Of a DNA stretch of 64,000 nt, positions 57,664-64,000 are shown one piece after another. Position 1 is the stretch's first letter, and every line of letters begins with the position of its first letter. The DNA is from Candidatus Micrarchaeota archaeon (GTDB lineage: Archaea; Micrarchaeota; Micrarchaeia; Anstonellales; Bilamarchaeaceae): contig JBDRCX010000006.1 in the NCBI GenBank assembly GCA_043821365.1, forward strand, positions 256,001 through 320,000, given 5' to 3'. The position numbers were made by a program, and so were the translations under genes. Under the pieces are notes generated by a model. That model was not told where the DNA came from and searched no databases. It saw only the letters and a list, made by a program, of their open reading frames with translations.

Positions 57664-58569
57664 CTATCTCATTACAAGTCGTCTTTTTACTTCATACAAT
57701 TTTCCTAAGTCAGGAACATCAAATCTTGGCGGTCTAAATGGTTTGACTGACCCTATCTCTCTAATCCATGGTACTTTGTCAGGAGGATCAATTATCCTGA
57801 TCTCTCGTGGTCCTGTTGTTACAAATCTTCCCTCTTCATCTCTTTGTACATTTGGTATACTTATTTTCCCTCGCACAAGGCGTCGGTCTATTACTTTTCT
57901 TGCCTTTCTCCATTCATGCGATTCAAGAATACTATAATCAAGCAATAAAAGTACATCTACAGTTGCACATCTCATTACTGTTCTCAAAAATCTTCCTGCT
58001 GCTTCTAATGTGGCACCAGTCATCACATCATTTTCCAAAAGCAAAATTCGTTTACCTTCAAGCGATTCTGTTATGTGTTCAATTGGTGCCACCTTTCTCA
58101 ATGTATCAGAGTTCATTCTTTTTGTTAGTATATTTGTAACATCCCATCCGACCAAATCAAAAATATAACTAAGCCAAAGTCCTTTGACTGCATTTCCAAC
58201 AGCACAATCATATCTTTCACGCAATTCATGCGCAGCTGTCCATGTTGCTTCAATATTACCTACTTGCGATGCATATGGATATTGAAATGTTCCAATCCTA
58301 TTGTGTGCATCTCTAAGAATTCCTATTTCTTCATCTGTGATAGCTCGTCTATCGATTGCAGTTGTAACTATCTCAACTAACTTTGTTTGTACTCCTTCGA
58401 GATATTCTCTAAATTTTCTCTCGAATTGTACCATCAAATCTGTTAATCCACGTTGTGCCAGTCCTTCCTGAGTGTAATATGCTTCTCGTGGCATCTCTGA
58501 TGGTGTTCCTTTTGTGCCCATATTTATATACGTATTACCATATCTTTTTATTGCTATCCTTATCCTCAT
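57664..58569 (-). CDS. Hypothetical protein with a phosphoribosyltransferase-like PRPP loop
   Basis: ILLLENDVMTGATLEAA resembles VLLVDDV.TTG.TL. Confidence 0.5.
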   Translation of the reverse strand: MRIRIAIKRYGNTYINMGTKGTPSEMPREAYYTQEGLAQRGLTDLMVQFERKFREYLEGVQTKLVEIVTTAIDRRAITDEEIGILRDAHNRIGTFQYPYASQVGNIEATWTAAHELRERYDCAVGNAVKGLWLSYIFDLVGWDVTNILTKRMNSDTLRKVAPIEHITESLEGKRILLLENDVMTGATLEAAGRFLRTVMRCATVDVLLLLDYSILESHEWRKARKVIDRRLVRGKISIPNVQRDEEGRFVTTGPREIRIIDPPDKVPWIREIGSVKPFRPPRFDVPDLGKLYEVKRRLVMR

Positions 58570-58592
58570 TAATACTTCTTCACATAATTAGT

Positions 58593-61148
58593 ATGATGCC
58601 AAGCGTAGCAGAATTAATCCGAGAAAGGTTTGGCGAGCTTACCCCCATTCAAAAAATTGCCATGCCCAATGTTCTTGCTGGAAAAAATGTCCTTATTTTA
58701 GCTCCAACTGGTTCTGGGAAAACTGAAAGTGCACTTTTGCCCATCCTAGAAAAGATCAAACTCAACAAAGACAAGACACCTGGTATTAGGGCACTGTACA
58801 TAACTCCACTCCGTGCACTTTCACGTGATCTTAAACAAAGGTTCAACTGGTGGTGTGACAGATTAGATATTTCACATGACATCAGAACTGGCGATACAAC
58901 AATGGCAGAAAGGGCAAAACATAGACGCAATCCCCCCCAAATCCTTCTTACAACTGTGGAATCATTACAGGCACTTTTGCTCGGACGAATAATGCGCAGA
59001 CATCTTTCAACAATTGAATTTGTTATTGTTGATGAGATTCATGATATTTTAGACAATAAACGAGGTGCACAACTTTCGCTTGGTCTTGAACGTCTTAACG
59101 AAATTGCCAAATTCCAAAGACTTGGTATAAGTGCAACAGTTGCAAATGAGTCAGAAGCAGGAAAACTTCTTTTTGGTGATCGTGAATTTCAACTTTGTGA
59201 AAGTGGTAAAAATCGGAAAATGGATTTTAGTGTAGAATCACTTTCAAATGAAAAACGTTTAGAAAGAATAAAAAAATTATCAGAACAAAACCGGTCATTG
59301 GTTTTTGTAAATACGCGAAGTACAGCAGAAGAGATCGGTGCGTCATTGAAAAAAATGAAAGCATCAATAGGGGTTCATCATGGTTCCCTTGCAAAAGAAG
59401 TTAGATTAACTACAGAAGATGATTTCAAAAGCAGCAAGATCAATTCTATCCTATGCACATCTTCTCTTGAATTAGGAATTGATGTTGGGGATGTTTCATT
59501 AGTTTTGCAATATGGTTCTCCTCACCAAGTTTTTCGTTTAATACAAAGAGTTGGAAGATCTGGCCACAGTCTTGAGAAAACACCCAAAGGAATTATTTTC
59601 AGTTCAGATTTTGATGATAATCTTGAAAGTGAAGTAATAACAGTACTTGCAAAAAACGGGTGGATGGAAGATAAAAAAGTCGAGAGGGGTGCATTAGATG
59701 TCATTGCACACCAGATTATTGGAGTGTGTATTGATTTCGGAAGAATAGAACTTTCAAAAATACACCAAATACTTTCACGATCATATGCATATGGTATTGA
59801 TTTCAATAAACTAAGGATGGTTGCGCTTCAGCTTTTTTCTGAAGGACTAATATATTATGATGAAACTCCTAAGGATGTTCTAGTCAAAACAACCAGAAGA
59901 GCAATAATCTACTATTCCACATTTATCAGTACTATACCAAAAACTAAAAAATTTCTTCTTCGTGATATATCTGCCAACCGATTTATTTCAAGTTTAGATG
60001 AAGAATTTGTTGTTAATCTAGAGGCAGGATCAAGTTTTCTTTCCCATGGTCTTCCATGGCACGTGATAGATATTACAGAAAAAGAAGTGCTTGCAGAACC
60101 AACATCTGGTTTGGACATAATGATACCTTCTTGGACTGGGGAAGATATCCCTGTTTCTTTTGATGTTGCACAAGAAGTTGGAAAGATGCGTTCAGTTAAA
60201 GCGATTTCTCCCCTTCCTGATCATAAGATCATCGTCATAGAGCTAGTTGAAGACTTGATTGTTGTTCATGCTTGTTTTGGTACAAAAGTAAATGAAGCGA
60301 TTGCACGTGTGTTCTCAAAACAAATTTCCAGTTTAATTGGGGAAAGTGTGATCGCAGTTTCTGATCCATATAGAATTATGATAAAATTGCCATTTCCACT
60401 AAAAGAAGAAAATATACAAAGTGCTTTTGAAAATGTCAGGAATGTCAAGAACCAATTGTCTGATGCACTCGAACATTCTTCAATGTTAAAATTCAAATTC
60501 CTTCATGTTGCGAGGATGTTTGGTTTGCTTTCAGTTGAAGGAACCATGAATTCAAGATATATTCAGATGCTCCGACACTCAGTTGTTTATGAAGAAACAA
60601 TACGTTCTATTTTTTTCAGATATTTTGATGTTGAAAAAACTGAAGAAATTTTGAAAGATACTAGAAATGGAAAAATAAAATTAATTTACGATGTTAGAAA
60701 AAAACCAAGTTTCTTTGCACAAATAGGTCTTGAAAGAATGTCCGGGGCAGATTCTGTTGGTGCATTTGAACCTCGTGAAAGAATAGTTTCTGCATTTAAG
60801 GAGAATGTTCTCTCGAAAACAGTACGCTTAATCTGTCTTAATTGCAAAGCAACAAGATTTATGCATCTTGCTGGTGCACCTGAAAAAATTGTTTGCCATA
60901 AATGCAATCAACCTTCGTTGGCTATTGTAAATAAAGAGGGTGAGCCAAAACATGATGCGGAATTTTCTGCAGGCTTAATCCGTGCTTACGGAAAAAAAGC
61001 ACTTATTGCTCTTTCTACTTATGGTATTGGTCCACAAACAGCTGATCGTGTTCTAAGACGATTGCATAAAACAGAAGAAGCGTTTTATCTTGATCTGATT
61101 GAAGCACAAAAGAATTTTATTAAAAATAAAAAATATTGGAAATTGTAA
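58593..61148 (+). CDS. lhr: Lhr-like SF2 ATP-dependent helicase
   Basis: APTGSGKT, YITPLRAL, DEIH, HHGSL, SSLELGIDVG, QRVGRSGH; C-terminal CxxC...CxxC and HhH; start at about 58593. Confidence 0.92.
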   Translation: MMPSVAELIRERFGELTPIQKIAMPNVLAGKNVLILAPTGSGKTESALLPILEKIKLNKDKTPGIRALYITPLRALSRDLKQRFNWWCDRLDISHDIRTGDTTMAERAKHRRNPPQILLTTVESLQALLLGRIMRRHLSTIEFVIVDEIHDILDNKRGAQLSLGLERLNEIAKFQRLGISATVANESEAGKLLFGDREFQLCESGKNRKMDFSVESLSNEKRLERIKKLSEQNRSLVFVNTRSTAEEIGASLKKMKASIGVHHGSLAKEVRLTTEDDFKSSKINSILCTSSLELGIDVGDVSLVLQYGSPHQVFRLIQRVGRSGHSLEKTPKGIIFSSDFDDNLESEVITVLAKNGWMEDKKVERGALDVIAHQIIGVCIDFGRIELSKIHQILSRSYAYGIDFNKLRMVALQLFSEGLIYYDETPKDVLVKTTRRAIIYYSTFISTIPKTKKFLLRDISANRFISSLDEEFVVNLEAGSSFLSHGLPWHVIDITEKEVLAEPTSGLDIMIPSWTGEDIPVSFDVAQEVGKMRSVKAISPLPDHKIIVIELVEDLIVVHACFGTKVNEAIARVFSKQISSLIGESVIAVSDPYRIMIKLPFPLKEENIQSAFENVRNVKNQLSDALEHSSMLKFKFLHVARMFGLLSVEGTMNSRYIQMLRHSVVYEETIRSIFFRYFDVEKTEEILKDTRNGKIKLIYDVRKKPSFFAQIGLERMSGADSVGAFEPRERIVSAFKENVLSKTVRLICLNCKATRFMHLAGAPEKIVCHKCNQPSLAIVNKEGEPKHDAEFSAGLIRAYGKKALIALSTYGIGPQTADRVLRRLHKTEEAFYLDLIEAQKNFIKNKKYWKL

Positions 61149-61149
61149 T

Positions 61150-61572
61150 CTATTCTATTCTTGCTCGCATCAGAGGTTCTTTGGAATATAATAATGCTAA
61201 AACCAACACTGTTCCAATTATGGTTTCTATCCACATTCCTAATCCAGCCAACACCCCGATTGATGCAGTTACCCAAATTGCAGCAGCAGTTGTTATCCCA
61301 GATGGTTTTGCCATGCCCTCTTTCCAAATAACAGCAAGTCCAAGAAAACCAACACCAGCAACTATCTGGGCTATCACCCTTGTTGGGTCATAACTGTTGC
61401 TATATGGTAGAAACATATCTGCAACTGAAACTATTGTGAATACAGCAGAACCTAGTGAGATCAATGCAAATGTTCTCACTCCTGCTGGTTTGTGCTTTCT
61501 TGATAAACCTATTAACAGTCCTATGGCCACAGCAGCTACAAGTCTTATTACTGCTTCCAATTCACTTACCAT
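61150..61572 (-). CDS. mgtC: MgtC/SapB family membrane protein
   Basis: AGVRTF, DPTRVIAQIVAGVGFLG, GITTAAAIW motifs. Confidence 0.92.
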   Translation of the reverse strand: MVSELEAVIRLVAAVAIGLLIGLSRKHKPAGVRTFALISLGSAVFTIVSVADMFLPYSNSYDPTRVIAQIVAGVGFLGLAVIWKEGMAKPSGITTAAAIWVTASIGVLAGLGMWIETIIGTVLVLALLYSKEPLMRARIE

Positions 61573-61673
61573 ACTCGATATTCTGTGACAGTGCTTTATA
61601 AACTTTCATCGAACCACGTTAGCCATGCCAAGAACGTCGAAACGTTCTTGAGTATCGTAACCGGAGGTTCTCA

Positions 61674-62252
61674 ATGCACAGACAAGTTGGTTTGGTACAA
61701 TCAGGTGGAAACAGCGGAAATAAATTCCGTCAATTCACTTTACGTGCTGAAGGCATCCAAGTTCTTCCTCAAAATACAGTAGAAAATATGGTGCATACAC
61801 TTCATCGTCGTTCCGCTCATTCAATTCTGTCAAGATATTCTGCTGCAAAAAAAACATTACAAGAACAATTTGGTGGTGTTGTTGAACTGGTGCAGGTTCA
61901 TAATGGTGCAATAAGAATAGCTGCTAGACTTGAATTCCTTACTGACCATTTACGGCTTGATGAAAAATTACATTCACTTGTTGTTGGTATGGGTTTTGAT
62001 TTGGTACTTCATCATAGGGTTAGACCAACAGAAGAGCATGTATATATCATAAGTGAAAGTAGGTACAAATCAACCGCTGACTTTTCAGCAGTTGCACATA
62101 TTACTGAAAATCTTCTTCGTCTTGCAAAGATGTTGGAACAATATACTGTTGAATTGCCAGATAATGTAGTGAGACTTCCTATTGGTGAAACAACTCCAAC
62201 TTCTGTTCGAAGTTGCACATTCGAGAACCGGAGGGTGGCACTAGGCACATGA
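61674..62252 (+). CDS. Hypothetical protein
   Basis: 192-aa ORF with a GGAGG RBS at 61663-61667. Confidence 0.5.
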   Translation: MHRQVGLVQSGGNSGNKFRQFTLRAEGIQVLPQNTVENMVHTLHRRSAHSILSRYSAAKKTLQEQFGGVVELVQVHNGAIRIAARLEFLTDHLRLDEKLHSLVVGMGFDLVLHHRVRPTEEHVYIISESRYKSTADFSAVAHITENLLRLAKMLEQYTVELPDNVVRLPIGETTPTSVRSCTFENRRVALGT

Positions 62253-62280
62253 TTATTAATTTTATCTAAGTGCACATATA

Positions 62281-62832
62281 ATGCGTTTGCCAAGTTTTAT
62301 TATCTATGCTCTATTTGCACTTATATTTGTTCTAATGCTCTTTATGGCATTTAATATTTTTGATCATACTTTATTACTTATTCTTATCACAATCGATATC
62401 CTATTATTTTTCTGTCTTCTCTATCTGTTCATCACTCAAAGATTATCAAAAGAAATAGATTTTACAAAATATCCAATTGAGGTTCCAGTGCTTGGCATGC
62501 ATGAAAGAGCAAAAATTCTTCCAGATTTTATCCTACAAGAGGATGTTAGTGGAGTTGCTCCGAAAATGGTTTTCTTTCAAGATCATTTTGAGTTCAATCC
62601 AAGTGCCATTGGTATCAGACCAAGAAATAAGCGTTATTCTGAAGTTGAATTGGTAGATGTTACTCATTTTTTGTTTATGGATACAGTTAAATTTACCTTC
62701 AAAGGCAATCTCGCTCTTTCTATTCAACTATTACACAAGAAAAATCTTATCCTGCTTCTTAAATTTCTTAACAAAAAAGGATGCATATTTTCTCCAAAGA
62801 CAAAAAAACTGCTAAAACAAAATCCTTCCTAA
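62281..62832 (+). CDS. Hypothetical membrane protein (two N-terminal TMs)
   Basis: Hydrophobic N-terminus and soluble C-terminal domain. Confidence 0.55.
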   Translation: MRLPSFIIYALFALIFVLMLFMAFNIFDHTLLLILITIDILLFFCLLYLFITQRLSKEIDFTKYPIEVPVLGMHERAKILPDFILQEDVSGVAPKMVFFQDHFEFNPSAIGIRPRNKRYSEVELVDVTHFLFMDTVKFTFKGNLALSIQLLHKKNLILLLKFLNKKGCIFSPKTKKLLKQNPS

Positions 62833-62861
62833 TTTTAATTTCTTACTCTCTTTATCCTATC

Positions 62862-62924
62862 ATGTTCAAACAAACAATTGTTGTTCGTGCTGATCTAAAG
62901 ATGAACCGCGGAAATGACGTCTAA
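62862..62924 (+). pseudogene. pth2: pth2 5' stub: 17 Pth2-like codons, then 3 unrelated codons and a stop
   Basis: Translates MFKQTIVVRADLKMNRG-NDV*; 12 of 17 residues identical to the downstream Pth2 N-terminus. Confidence 0.85.
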
Positions 62925-63909
62925 TCCTGTTTATAAACGACCAAAAATCTATTTTTTTATGAAACGATATTGGGATAAGAAATATTTGAAAAAACAATTA
63001 CGTGCTGGCAAGACTTATCTAACCATTGCTAAAGAAAATAATATCTCTAGTACTACTGTTCAAAGAGCATTAAATACATATGAGCTAACGAAACCAAGGT
63101 ACGATTGGAATCAGAAAGAACTCGCTCTTCTAAAACGATACTACTGCCGCACATCCTATCCAAATCTGATTCTACCTCATAGGACTTTAAGTTCTATCTA
63201 CCATAAAGCTACTCGTCTTGGTCTGAAAAGTTCTAATCATTTTAGGAAATATAAAATTAACACAAATTTTTTCAAAAAATGGACAAAATCGATGGCATAT
63301 CTGCTTGGATGGATGTTTAGTGATGGGAATATGGCGGATGATTGCCGTTCATTCAGATTAAAATTGGCGATTAAAGATCAAGGAATTTTATATGTCCTTA
63401 AGCGTGCCATGAACGCAAATGTTCCGATACGTGTTCATTCACAATTAGTTCCCTCTAAAAAATATTATGCTCAGTATGCTAATCTAAGAGTTACTAATAT
63501 CGAAATGTATAATGATCTCGTTCGCCTTGGGTGCACTCAAAACAAAGTGCACAAATTTATTCCACCCAACATTCCGCCAGTTTTTGTTAGTCATTTCATC
63601 CGTGGATATTTCGACGGAGATGGGTCTATCTATTTTAATAAACCTAATACTATCAGAATTAGATTCGTTGGTTCCAATCGTACTTTCATTCTTTGGCTGG
63701 CTACTTATTTTAATAAAAAATTGTGCTGTCCATTTAACTTCAAAAAAACTCCAATTGCAAAAAAATTATGGCAATGCGAGTATTATGGCGATAATGCACG
63801 TAATCTATGCAAGTGGATGTACCGTGGTTGTGAGAATCTTTATCTTAAACGAAAACGAAAACGCTTTATTGACCATCTGAAAAAGAGAATGTTATGTTCA
63901 AGCAGATAA
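62914..63909 (+). mobile_element. Free-standing double-motif LAGLIDADG homing endonuclease with N-terminal HTH-like region
   Basis: AYLLGWMFSDGN and HFIRGYFDGDGS motifs. The ATG overlaps the end of the stub; the stop overlaps the first 16 nt of intact pth2. Confidence 0.92.
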
Positions 63910-64000
63910 TCGTTATGCGGAAAGATCTCAAAATGTCTGTGGGTAAGCTTTTAGCACAATCTTCTCATGCGTCACTTTCAGCTTACAAAAAAGTCTCAAA
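63894..64000 (+). CDS. pth2: Peptidyl-tRNA hydrolase Pth2, N-terminal part (runs off the window edge)
   Basis: Hand translation [35 protein letters not shown] matches the Pth2 pattern KQ.IV.R.DLKM..GK..AQ..HA. Confidence 0.92.
   Translation, partial: MFKQIIVMRKDLKMSVGKLLAQSSHASLSAYKKVS

Noticed and set aside
719-63880. Numerous 60-190 aa ORFs antisense to or nested in assigned genes (e.g. 1999..2454, 26711..27277, 46838..47377, 63512..63880)
   Set aside because: Shadow frames of well-supported genes with no recognisable motifs.
62915-63946. The pth2-associated endonuclease as a BHB intron joining the stub to the gene body
   Set aside because: CCGC/GTGG and GACGT/ATGTC can pair, but the loops are not 3-nt bulges, BHB-style cuts would shift the frame, and the downstream copy already has its own ATG and full N-terminus.

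Overview
AT-rich archaeal chromosomal segment. The gene content (archaeal-type TrpRS, pelota, proteasome alpha, Rpo4/RpL21e, RpS26e, TBP, RFC-L, Hef, XPD, Lhr, Pth2, intron-containing tRNAs, many orphan and surface proteins) suggests a DPANN archaeon, possibly Micrarchaeota; that placement is inference. The window also holds a surface-glycosylation cluster (about 12-22 kb), an MNT-HEPN toxin-antitoxin pair, crtB with proA/proC, a 2-oxoacid:ferredoxin oxidoreductase pair, and two intron-containing tRNAs (Val-TAC, Arg-TCG). The standout is two free-standing double-motif LAGLIDADG endonuclease genes that share one architecture. Each reads: promoter-like TATA, a truncated 5' stub of a host gene, the endonuclease ORF, then a complete re-start of the same host gene whose divergent 5' end overlaps the endonuclease stop codon. 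The hosts are pth2 (stub breaks inside codon 18, the catalytic Lys) and tRNA-Arg(TCG) (stub less certain). This looks like splicing-independent homing by 5'-end replacement. Other oddities: an 86-nt perfect repeat between the two TBP halves, a glutamine-synthetase-fold protein lacking most catalytic residues, a 54-nt in-frame palindromic insertion in a metallophosphoesterase gene, and a probable 36/37 tRNA intron. All calls come from motif reading; no database searches were run.
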